NCBI GenBank assembly: GCA_009784665.1
Contig: WRBH01000003.1
Coordinates: 5,498 to 69,497, forward strand
Length of the DNA stretch: 64,000 nt
From: Bacillota bacterium
GTDB lineage: Bacteria > Bacillota > Clostridia > Christensenellales > UBA1242
Reading direction: 5' to 3'
Shown one piece after another: positions 54,168 to 62,771 of the stretch. Position numbers and translations under genes: made by a program. The notes beneath the pieces were generated by a model that was not told the origin of the DNA, ran no database searches, and saw nothing but the letters and a program-made list of their open reading frames with translations. Numbering within the stretch: the first letter of the stretch is position 1; each line of letters opens with the position of its first letter.

Positions 54168-54920
54168 ATGACTAGGGCTGTTGAACAAGTGGGATTTGCT
54201 CCAACACATCGGTGCAATTTAAAATGTAAGCACTGCTATCTGGGTCCTTCTGAAAATGTTAATATGGACCCAGATATACCTTTAGTAACCATGGAGTATT
54301 TTAATGATATCAGTCATATTGGGTTTTACGGTGCCGAGTCCCAGTTTAATCCCCAAGCACCACTAGATATTAAAAAGGCGGCCTTGACTTATGATAGGAA
54401 GTTTAAAGGGGTTGGCCTAGTGTCGAATTTAACTTTTTTGAACTATGATTTTTGGGACACAGTGGAGGAGCTAGGTGCTCTTGCAACAAGTGATGGGTAC
54501 AAAGTTCATGTAAGAGTATCAAATGATGCAGAGCACAATAGGGCGATGAGGGCCATCGGTATATACAAACAGCAGGTTTATGATAATATTCGCCTTTTGC
54601 AGGATAGATACCCCTCAATCTATGTTGAATTAGAAGATTGGACCAAGAACAGCCCAGTGATTAATTCAGGTAATGCAACCGCGTTAATCGAGCAAGGATT
54701 GGCTGAGCAGATTGATGAATCTGAGCTAGAAAAGATGGCGATACAACGATGCATGCAAAGAATGCCAGGACATTATATAATGAAGAGGAAATTAAACTTT
54801 TTCCGAACAGATGCAAAGGGCAATGTTCATGATAAATATGTCGACCACATAACGGGGGACAAAGTGAACTTTGGGAATGTCTTACAGACACCAATACCTG
54901 AAATATTATTAAGCTTGTGA
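54168..54920 (+). CDS. radical SAM-like protein (250 aa)
   Basis: CNLKCKHC (CxxxCxxC) cluster motif near the N-terminus. The C-terminal FGNVLQTPIPEIL resembles the end of SPASM/twitch domains but lacks the Cys cluster. Confidence 0.6.
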   Translation: MTRAVEQVGFAPTHRCNLKCKHCYLGPSENVNMDPDIPLVTMEYFNDISHIGFYGAESQFNPQAPLDIKKAALTYDRKFKGVGLVSNLTFLNYDFWDTVEELGALATSDGYKVHVRVSNDAEHNRAMRAIGIYKQQVYDNIRLLQDRYPSIYVELEDWTKNSPVINSGNATALIEQGLAEQIDESELEKMAIQRCMQRMPGHYIMKRKLNFFRTDAKGNVHDKYVDHITGDKVNFGNVLQTPIPEILLSL

Positions 54921-56045
54921 CCGATCCGCCAATTCTTTTATCAGGTCGGCTTGACCGCCGATGCCATAGTACATGTTTTGACTTAGGTGACGCATTTGTT
55001 CCAGTTCGACATCCATATGATTGAATTGGTAAACACCAAGGTAATTAGTCCAACTTTTTAGTTTCGGTATGATCTTCTCATCGAGATGCTTTATATAACC
55101 CTGCAGGGCTTGAGGGTGTTCGCTTTTGAAATATGCGATATCCGCTTTTAACTGGGTATTTATGTGCTCGATGTCCTCCGGCTCGAAATCAGTTCTGAAG
55201 AATGGTGTTTGCTCGCCGACTACGATTCGGGAGGTATCGTCTGGTCCAACCAGCAATGTACTTATTTTATTTCCCGACATGCCAACTAATGCACGGTTGA
55301 GGTTGTCACGAAGCAGGGATTCGTGATACTTTTTCGGCATTGCGTTTATCAATAGCTGGGTATTTTCAGGTTTGACAGTACCTTTCTCGATGGCGGATTC
55401 CAGGTCTTTGTCAATTTCTTCTTCTTTTATGTCCGCAACCAATTGAAGATATTCAAGGAGCGTCTTGTATTTCAAACGGTACTCCATCGGGAAGAGGTTT
55501 ACATATTTCTTGATTCTTTTATCTATAACGGAATTGTCTGTACTGTACTTGTATTTGTACATTACAATCTCGGTCACGGGGACGGGCAAGATGTTTGATA
55601 TTGTTGCGTTTGATAATGTATGTTCAATGGAGGCATTTGGATGACCAAATGATACAAGCTTGCCATTGATGTGATAAATTTCAGGGTTCATTTGGTCTTT
55701 GTATTCTTCACCCATTACAAAATTTTTGTGGAAAGTGCCTCGTAAACCCAGGAAAGAGTCTATCGTCTTTTTTAGGTTACTTGGTCTAAATTGCCACTCC
55801 TTGGCTTCATCCAAAACTGGATGGGGCATTTGGGTGCGGCGGTATTTCTTCATTATGGCTTGTTGTCGCCTGAATTCCTCGATTTGTGCTTCGGCTTTTG
55901 CAACATCTTCCTCAGTCAGGATTTCGTTTGGGTTACCAAGTTCCTCTAGGACAAGCTCCTTTGAAAAAGCATCGCCCTCGATTATAACGAATTCAGATTT
56001 GACTGCCTCAGATTCAATGGCCTTGCCATCATTGCCAAATTTCAT
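54909..56045 (-). CDS. hypothetical protein (378 aa)
   Basis: Start moved to Met6 (56045), 5 nt downstream of a TGcTATACT -10. 12-nt 3' overlap with the radical SAM gene. Confidence 0.65.
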   Translation of the reverse strand: MKFGNDGKAIESEAVKSEFVIIEGDAFSKELVLEELGNPNEILTEEDVAKAEAQIEEFRRQQAIMKKYRRTQMPHPVLDEAKEWQFRPSNLKKTIDSFLGLRGTFHKNFVMGEEYKDQMNPEIYHINGKLVSFGHPNASIEHTLSNATISNILPVPVTEIVMYKYKYSTDNSVIDKRIKKYVNLFPMEYRLKYKTLLEYLQLVADIKEEEIDKDLESAIEKGTVKPENTQLLINAMPKKYHESLLRDNLNRALVGMSGNKISTLLVGPDDTSRIVVGEQTPFFRTDFEPEDIEHINTQLKADIAYFKSEHPQALQGYIKHLDEKIIPKLKSWTNYLGVYQFNHMDVELEQMRHLSQNMYYGIGGQADLIKELADRSQA

Positions 56046-56050
56046 GGCGA

Positions 56051-56080
56051 AGTATAGCATAGCGGAATGCCAACTGTCAA
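56051..56080 (-). promoter_or_regulatory. sigma-A type promoter, leaderless start at 56045
   Basis: Minus strand TTGACA(56080-56075)-18nt-TATACT(56056-56051); ATG 5 nt downstream. Confidence 0.6.
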
Positions 56081-56090
56081 TATTGGCCCC

Positions 56091-56624
56091 CTATACCACC
56101 TCTAATGTGATACTCGAATTGGTAAATACGCAGATGTCACCAGCAATCTTTAACGCTTGCTCGGCGATTTGCTTAGCATCCATTTTGGTATTCGCAGCCA
56201 ATGCCTTTGCGGCGGCTAGGGCATAGTTACCCCCCGAACCAATTGCGGCTATACCTTTTTCAGGCTCGATGACATTACCATCTCCTGAGATAATGAGGAG
56301 TTTTTCTTTGTCTGCCACTAACATCATAGCTTCAAGGTTTCGTAAATATCTATCACCCCGCCAAGACTGTGCCAGCTCAACGGCAGAGCGAAGAAGGTTG
56401 CCAGAAAACTTTTGCAACATTTCCTCGAACCTAGCAGACAAAGTAAAAGCATCCGCAACAGAACCTGCGAATCCTACGACAACTTTATCATTATACATTC
56501 GCCGAACTTTGACAGCGTTGTTTTTTAATACTATGGATTGCCCCATGGTAACTTGACCATCACCTGCAATGACGGTTTGGTTACCTTGTTTGACTGCTAC
56601 TATTGTTGTTGCGTGCATGTTCAT
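56091..56624 (-). CDS. hslV: ATP-dependent protease subunit HslV (CodW-like)
   Basis: [14 protein letters not shown]-terminus (Thr nucleophile after a short propeptide), GDGQVTMG and GSGGNYA. Confidence 0.93.
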   Translation of the reverse strand: MNMHATTIVAVKQGNQTVIAGDGQVTMGQSIVLKNNAVKVRRMYNDKVVVGFAGSVADAFTLSARFEEMLQKFSGNLLRSAVELAQSWRGDRYLRNLEAMMLVADKEKLLIISGDGNVIEPEKGIAAIGSGGNYALAAAKALAANTKMDAKQIAEQALKIAGDICVFTNSSITLEVV

Positions 56625-56630
56625 CTAATG

Positions 56631-56659
56631 ATTATTCACCAAAAAACTGAATAAGTCAA
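56631..56659 (-). promoter_or_regulatory. hslV promoter, leaderless start at 56624
   Basis: Minus strand TTGACT(56659-56654)-17nt-AATAAT(56636-56631); ATG 6 nt downstream. Confidence 0.5.
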
Positions 56660-56692
56660 GTAAAATTCTGGGGTAGGGCATAGGGTCTGTGC

Positions 56693-58459
56693 TTAGCCAA
56701 CTGCTTCAGGAAGGTCAACAGGGAGCTTCGGCTTGCCTTTTGGCTTGGTTGCTTTATCATTCTTTTTAGCTTGCTTGTCTACCAACTTAGCCATCTTGGC
56801 GGCGTCTTTGGTGATGAGGGCTTTGATCTCGTCGTCGGAGAGTTTGTCTTTGATTGTACTGTGGTATGCAATTACCATTGCATCATAGAGATTTTCGAAC
56901 CCTAGGTCTGCCCATTGTGGAAATGCCTCCTCAAATGCAGAACGGGTTTCTGCCATTGCTAAGTGGTCGGTCATGTTCTCGCGGGTTGTATGGGTAAATA
57001 TATGGGCAAAGTTTGCGTCTTTTAACAGGAAGCTATGCGATACCAAGACAAGCAAATTTTCAAAATTCTCTTTGTATTTATAGTCGTTAACAAAGTCCTT
57101 CTTGTGCGATTGCATGTACAAGATATATAGTTTTTCCGAGATTCGAACAAATGATGTGCCTTCCTCGATAAGAGAGGTGAACATTGGCATCAGCTGTGGA
57201 TGGCTCATGAAACGCTCGACATCAACAAGAAGCTCGTTGAATTTATAAAACTTATCACCTGTTGTTACCATGGTGTGTGTAACGCTTTGTGTCCCGTCCG
57301 GCTTTTTCGATACGACAAGACGGTTATACGGACTAATTCCGAATTTATCTTTATAGCTATCACGATTCATCATGAAGCACGCGGCGGTCTCGGTGAAGTA
57401 CTTGCGGATTTTTGCCAAGATGTTTTCGCGACTGAGGATTTTTTTCTTTTCGTCAGCTTTTTCTTTTCGCTTTGCTTGTGCAAGTAAAAGATTCGCCCGC
57501 TTTTGCTTTTCAATTTCTTCTGCCCGATTTCTGGCTTCTTCCAGCTCGGCAATTTTAGCCAGAAGCTCTGCATGCTCTTCGTCACTGTGCGTTCCGATTA
57601 GGCCTTCTGTCTTTTTTTTTTCTGCCTGTAACTCTTCCAACTCTTTTTCAATAGCCTTTTTGTGTTCTTCCAGTTCAGCAACCGCGGCTTCACTTATTTC
57701 TTCGTCAAGAAACGCGTCTTCTTGAACAGATACAGGTTCAGGTTGCGGCTCTGGTTCAGGTTGGGGTGGGGGAGTCTCCTCGACAACCACAACAACTGGC
57801 TCTGGTTCTGGAACGAATGTTGGCTCTTCTACTATTGGTGTGTCTTGCAGTGGCTGGATATTTTCTTGTTCTGTCGCGTAGTAGTTGTTGACAATGATTG
57901 ATGGGCCAGTATCTTCTTCTTTGTACTTGTTCAGGTTTTTATCATAAATAATGTTGATACGACGATTGTCGACTGGGCGGCTACGCTCGAATAATATCAG
58001 CAAGAAGTAAACAATCAAATAAATCGCGGCGGGAATTGCACACAATAATCCAAGGGTAAGCAGGGCATCAGCAACTTCAAAGGAATTCTCAAACGCAAGG
58101 AATACAATCATGGCCAGTAACATCATGAACAGTCCGAATAATTCAATTGCAATCATTGCATTAATAATTCGGGCACCTTTCATAACTCGCACGAAACTGC
58201 CAACAAACCAGAATGCTATAAGGAATCCAATGAACGAAACTATAATCAAGATTCCAAGCCATGCCCAGAAAGTTAATCCCCAAAAGAATAATCCAAGCAT
58301 GAATAACAATGGTCCAAGTATCGAGGCACATATAATCCCTACTTTGTACCAAGTTTCATTTATTGAATCACGCATTCTTCCAGACCGCTTTTCTACAACC
58401 AAAGCAATCAAGAACATAACAGTCAGCACCACCCCTATCCCAAAAAGTATCGGACCCAT
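56693..58459 (-). CDS. membrane protein with N-terminal TM bundle, Pro-rich linker, Glu/Lys coiled coil and unknown C-terminal domain (588 aa)
   Basis: About six TM helices, then PPPQPEPEPQPEP, then an EELQAEKKKTEG...coiled coil. SD AGGGGG lies upstream. Confidence 0.7.
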   Translation of the reverse strand: MGPILFGIGVVLTVMFLIALVVEKRSGRMRDSINETWYKVGIICASILGPLLFMLGLFFWGLTFWAWLGILIIVSFIGFLIAFWFVGSFVRVMKGARIINAMIAIELFGLFMMLLAMIVFLAFENSFEVADALLTLGLLCAIPAAIYLIVYFLLILFERSRPVDNRRINIIYDKNLNKYKEEDTGPSIIVNNYYATEQENIQPLQDTPIVEEPTFVPEPEPVVVVVEETPPPQPEPEPQPEPVSVQEDAFLDEEISEAAVAELEEHKKAIEKELEELQAEKKKTEGLIGTHSDEEHAELLAKIAELEEARNRAEEIEKQKRANLLLAQAKRKEKADEKKKILSRENILAKIRKYFTETAACFMMNRDSYKDKFGISPYNRLVVSKKPDGTQSVTHTMVTTGDKFYKFNELLVDVERFMSHPQLMPMFTSLIEEGTSFVRISEKLYILYMQSHKKDFVNDYKYKENFENLLVLVSHSFLLKDANFAHIFTHTTRENMTDHLAMAETRSAFEEAFPQWADLGFENLYDAMVIAYHSTIKDKLSDDEIKALITKDAAKMAKLVDKQAKKNDKATKPKGKPKLPVDLPEAVG

Positions 58460-58546
58460 ATTACAACCCCCTTTGTAATTATTACATTATACTCAATAAT
58501 AATAAATAAAAATGCGTTTGTCTAATGATTTTTTACATAAATTCGT

Positions 58547-58576
58547 TTGACATTGGAGACAATAAGTTGGGACAAT
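58547..58576 (+). promoter_or_regulatory. sigma-A type promoter, leaderless start at 58582
   Basis: TTGACA(58547-58552)-18nt-GACAAT(58571-58576); ATG 5 nt downstream. Confidence 0.45.
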
Positions 58577-58581
58577 TAACT

Positions 58582-61437
58582 ATGAATTCAGGCAAATTTC
58601 GATTATTTAGCTTAATTTTCGCAGGTGTCTTCGTTTTCTGTGCCGTTGTTGCTGGGATCGTGATTGCAACGCCAGAGCAGCGTGCCGAGGCAAGCGTAGT
58701 ACAGACATTTACTCTAAACCATCCTGCTGGTGGAACACTTACAGTCAACAGGACGATAGGTGGAAATACGCCTCATGCATTTACCCGATCTGGTAACACT
58801 ATTACTGCTACTGGAACTTCTCGCTTTTATGTTAACAGGACTGGCAACAATTGGACATCTTCGAATATTGCAAACAATTTGTCTACGGTTGCTGTATCAG
58901 GTGATTTTGATTTGGAGGCCAGGTACAGATTCCATGATGATAGATTTAATGTAGTTGGTCGTCGTAACAGGTGGACTGGACAATGGCAAAATGTTGTAAG
59001 GACTCAGAATGACACTATAAGTTTATCCACTTATAATGTTGCTGGTCATGTCAGGTGGCGTCGTACAGATACCAATCAAGAAGCAAACAGCACATCGCAA
59101 ACAGGAGCATGGCATTCAAATAGGACATTTAGTGTCCCTTGGTCAGGAAATTGGACCACCATGTCAGTAACACGAAGCCTAGGAAGTAATGGAGGACAAC
59201 TGGGTACCGTTGTGGTTGTCAGCCCAGTAGTGACAAATCGAACAATGACCTTCCATCTTAACCCAACAAGTGGCGGAGGAAGCATGACAGTCGCTGGAAC
59301 AAATGCCACTCATGGCAGTACTCGTACTATGGCACAAGGAACCGCTCACTCCATTGTCGCCAATGCTGCGGCAGGGTGGCAATTTTCTAACTGGCAAGTC
59401 ATTGCTGGAACAGCAACAATTACTAATGTTAATGCCGCCAGCACGACATTAACCATTGCGGCGTCTAATGCGACAATCAGGGCAAACTTCACGCAAATTC
59501 AGCGGACCATGACATTTCAATTGAACCCAGCCAGTGGAAGTGGAACGATGACGGTTGCGGGGACAAACGCAACACATAACAGCAGTCGTACTTTGACCCA
59601 AGGAACGAACCACGCAATTGTAGCCAAACCCGCATTCGGATGGAGCTTCTCGCATTGGGATGTTGCTGCTGGCTCGGCAACGATTGCAAACGCATCTGTC
59701 GCCAGCACGACATTTACGGTTGGGGCTGGAAATGCAACTATCAGGGCGAATTTCTCGCAACAAACACATACTGTCAACTTTTTTACAAATCCTGTAAGTG
59801 GCGGTGGGACATTTACACTGGGTGGAACTGCCGCAGCCCATGGTGGTTCTAGGGCCCTAGTGCAGGGCACTGTTCACAATTTGGTTGCAACTGCCGCAAC
59901 ACATTGGACATTCTCGCATTGGACAGTTTCGGGAGTAGGTTCTTCTATTGCTAATGTGAATGCCGCCAGCACAACATTTACCTTGGGTACAGCTACCGCT
60001 AGTATAACCGCACATTTCCGCGTCAACTTTGGAACACCACCGCCACCTCCTGAACCCGCCCCCGAAAATTGGGAGTTTGGATGGAATATACTTCGACTGC
60101 ATTTTGGCTCGGGTAACGCAGCATCAAATCCATTACCAGGATTTGATGTGAACGAAAACAGTCCAACTGCAACCAGGTTCTTTGACCCAACCAATGCGGC
60201 ATCCCGTAATTTACCAACGGCTGCCCAAATGAACGCGTGGGCGACGACGCAACCTGGGTTGGAAGATAGGGCATTCATAGGTTGGTATACTAACAGTAAT
60301 TTTGAAACTGCTGAAGGGAAGCGGGTATCTCAGATTCCTGTGGGAATGACAGGAGTTATCAGATATTATGCAAGGTGGGAGGATGGACGAGCTATATTCC
60401 GTATCGCCTCCGGAGGGGCTCACGGCCAGGCTATCCGTAATAATGGCGAGTTACTAGGATGGGGATTCAATCCTGCCTCAGGGATTAATTCATCCATATC
60501 TGGAACTCCTTTTGTGACCAGGATTGGTACAGCAAATAATTGGGCACAGATTTCTGCATTTGGCGATCATACTCTTGCAATAACCACAAATGGTGAACTT
60601 TGGGCCTGGGGCAATAATGGCACTGGTCAATTAGGCGATGGAACAACAGGGCTTCGCCATACACCTATGCGAATTGGTACAAGAACTGACTGGGTGCAAA
60701 TTGCGGGTGGAATGCATCAAAGTTTTGCTATAACCGCCAGCGGTGAGTTGTGGGCGTGGGGACAAAATAATCACGGTCAGCTTGGTGATGGAACAACAAT
60801 TGATCGTCATTCGCCGGTACGAATTGGCACAAGAACTGACTGGGCATATGTTTCGTCTGGTGGGTCAGGTTTTAACTTCAGTAGTCGGACTATGGCGATA
60901 ACCAGAGGAGGAGAGCTTTGGTCTTGGGGCGGTGATAGCTGGGTACCAGGTGGTATTCCAGTGCGGATTGGTACTGCAAGCAACTGGGCACGCGTTTCAG
61001 TGGGTACACAGCATCAGATGGCATTGACAACGAATGGCGAGTTATGGGCTTGGGGTGTTAATCAATTTGGGCAACTCGGCGATGGAACAACAACAAATCA
61101 ACCTGTTCCAGTTAGAATTGGAATACGAACAGATTGGGCTCATATTTCTGCAGGTGGAATTAGCTCGCATGCTATAACCACTGGTGGCGAACTCTGGGCT
61201 TGGGGGCAAAACAGTAACGGTCGACTTGGCGATGGGACGACAACGGACAGTCATACCCCTATCAGAATTGGGACACGAACAGATTGGCTCCAAGTCGAGG
61301 GAAGTCAAACCCATCACACTCTTGCTATAACCAGAAGTGGATATTTGTTTGCTTGGGGGGGAAGTAACCTAGGACAGTTGGGACTTGGTTCCCCTAATAA
61401 TCAGACTATCTTGACTCCAACACGGGTTAATACCTGA
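58582..61437 (+). CDS. secreted or anchored protein: 3 tandem InlB-B-repeat-like Ig domains, poly-Pro linker, one Listeria-Bacteroides repeat, 7-blade RCC1-type beta-propeller
   Basis: Signal-anchor MNSGKFRLFSLIFAGVFVFCAVVAGIVIA. Three 88-aa repeats ending in ATIRANF. RCC1 blades are recurring GELWAWG.N..GQLGDGTT units. Confidence 0.88.
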   Translation: MNSGKFRLFSLIFAGVFVFCAVVAGIVIATPEQRAEASVVQTFTLNHPAGGTLTVNRTIGGNTPHAFTRSGNTITATGTSRFYVNRTGNNWTSSNIANNLSTVAVSGDFDLEARYRFHDDRFNVVGRRNRWTGQWQNVVRTQNDTISLSTYNVAGHVRWRRTDTNQEANSTSQTGAWHSNRTFSVPWSGNWTTMSVTRSLGSNGGQLGTVVVVSPVVTNRTMTFHLNPTSGGGSMTVAGTNATHGSTRTMAQGTAHSIVANAAAGWQFSNWQVIAGTATITNVNAASTTLTIAASNATIRANFTQIQRTMTFQLNPASGSGTMTVAGTNATHNSSRTLTQGTNHAIVAKPAFGWSFSHWDVAAGSATIANASVASTTFTVGAGNATIRANFSQQTHTVNFFTNPVSGGGTFTLGGTAAAHGGSRALVQGTVHNLVATAATHWTFSHWTVSGVGSSIANVNAASTTFTLGTATASITAHFRVNFGTPPPPPEPAPENWEFGWNILRLHFGSGNAASNPLPGFDVNENSPTATRFFDPTNAASRNLPTAAQMNAWATTQPGLEDRAFIGWYTNSNFETAEGKRVSQIPVGMTGVIRYYARWEDGRAIFRIASGGAHGQAIRNNGELLGWGFNPASGINSSISGTPFVTRIGTANNWAQISAFGDHTLAITTNGELWAWGNNGTGQLGDGTTGLRHTPMRIGTRTDWVQIAGGMHQSFAITASGELWAWGQNNHGQLGDGTTIDRHSPVRIGTRTDWAYVSSGGSGFNFSSRTMAITRGGELWSWGGDSWVPGGIPVRIGTASNWARVSVGTQHQMALTTNGELWAWGVNQFGQLGDGTTTNQPVPVRIGIRTDWAHISAGGISSHAITTGGELWAWGQNSNGRLGDGTTTDSHTPIRIGTRTDWLQVEGSQTHHTLAITRSGYLFAWGGSNLGQLGLGSPNNQTILTPTRVNT
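59239..60030 (+). repeat. 3 x 264-bp in-frame tandem repeat (88-aa domain repeats) inside the RCC1-protein gene
   Basis: Repeat units start at 59239, 59503 and 59767 (RTMTFHLNP / RTMTFQLNP / HTVNFFTNP). The copies have diverged. Confidence 0.85.
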
Positions 61438-61445
61438 AGATAAGG

Positions 61446-62765
61446 TTACAATACATATTTCCGCAGGTCCGTCAGGCGAATAATCTGCGACTGGTTGTCT
61501 GTTATGAATTTTTTGTCAACCTTAAGGGTGTGTGGCTCCTTTCCATCTGCGTTAAAGGCAATATCTTCCAAAAGGATTTCCATGATGTTGGAAAGACGCC
61601 TTGCTCCGATATTTTCTTGGGTTTCGTTTTCTTGCTCTGCTAATTCGGCGATGAGTTTTAGGGCAGTTGCATCAAAAGATAGGCTTACTTTGTCAACGGC
61701 AAGTAGCTCGCTGTATTGCTTGATGAGTGAGTTTTCGGTTTGAGTTAAAATTTTATAGAAGTCATCTTTACCTAAGTTTTGTAATTCAACCCGAATAGGG
61801 AAGCGTCCTTGCAGCTCAGGGATCAGGTCTTGAACACGACTGATGTGGAATGCTCCAGCAGCAATGAACAGGATATAATCTGTCTTTATAGGGCCGTGCT
61901 TGGTTTGTATTGTCGAACCCTCCACGATAGGAAGTATATCCCTTTGCACACCTTCACGGCTGACTTCGGGACCGCTGCCGCCACCACCCTTACTTGCAAT
62001 TTTGTCAATTTCATCAATGAAGATAATTCCGTGTTGTTCGGCTCTTGTAATTGCTTCTTGTTGCAGAGCTTCATTGTCTATCAGTTTATCCATCTCTTCA
62101 TTAAGCATTTCTTTACGGGCTACATGGACAGTTACTTGGCGTTTTTTTGTTTTCTTTGGCAGAACATCACCGAAGATGCTACCTATATCCATACCCATCA
62201 TTTGAAAGTCCATTCCTCCTGGGATGTTTATATTTTTAATAGCAGACTGGGTTATGTCCATCTCGATTAGAAAGTCTTCCAGCTTGCCGTCTTTAAGTTC
62301 GAATTCACATTGTGCTCGTAAAACTTCTATAGGCACCTCGGTTGCGGTTTGTTTCTTAGCAGCAATTATTTTTTCGAGTATACGCTTTTCGACTTCGGTT
62401 TTTGCTTTTTCCTCGACCTCTACGCGTTTTTCGTCTCGTACAAGGCGTATAGAGACCTCTACAAGGTCACGAACCATGCTCTCGACATCTCGGCCTACAT
62501 AGCCGACCTCTGTGTATTTGGTCGCCTCTACCTTGATAAAAGGGGCCCCAACTAATTTCGCCAAACGCCTGGCTATTTCGGTTTTGCCGACGCCTGTTGG
62601 TCCTTTCATTATGATATTCTTTGGTGTTATCTCGTCTCGCACTTCGGCAGGTAATTGGGCACGGCGGTATCTGTTACGCAGTGCAACTGCAACAGCACGC
62701 TTTGCAGCGTGCTGTCCGATTATATATCTGTCAAGTTGAGCTACTATCTGTTTTGGTGTAAGCAT
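61446..62765 (-). CDS. hslU: ATP-dependent protease ATPase subunit HslU
   Basis: MLTPKQIVAQLD N-terminus, Walker A GPTGVGKTEIARRLA and Walker B IIFIDEIDK. Start at ATG 62765 (the ORF-track TTG is at 62771). Confidence 0.96.
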   Translation of the reverse strand: MLTPKQIVAQLDRYIIGQHAAKRAVAVALRNRYRRAQLPAEVRDEITPKNIIMKGPTGVGKTEIARRLAKLVGAPFIKVEATKYTEVGYVGRDVESMVRDLVEVSIRLVRDEKRVEVEEKAKTEVEKRILEKIIAAKKQTATEVPIEVLRAQCEFELKDGKLEDFLIEMDITQSAIKNINIPGGMDFQMMGMDIGSIFGDVLPKKTKKRQVTVHVARKEMLNEEMDKLIDNEALQQEAITRAEQHGIIFIDEIDKIASKGGGGSGPEVSREGVQRDILPIVEGSTIQTKHGPIKTDYILFIAAGAFHISRVQDLIPELQGRFPIRVELQNLGKDDFYKILTQTENSLIKQYSELLAVDKVSLSFDATALKLIAELAEQENETQENIGARRLSNIMEILLEDIAFNADGKEPHTLKVDKKFITDNQSQIIRLTDLRKYVL

Positions 62766-62771
62766 AGGCAA

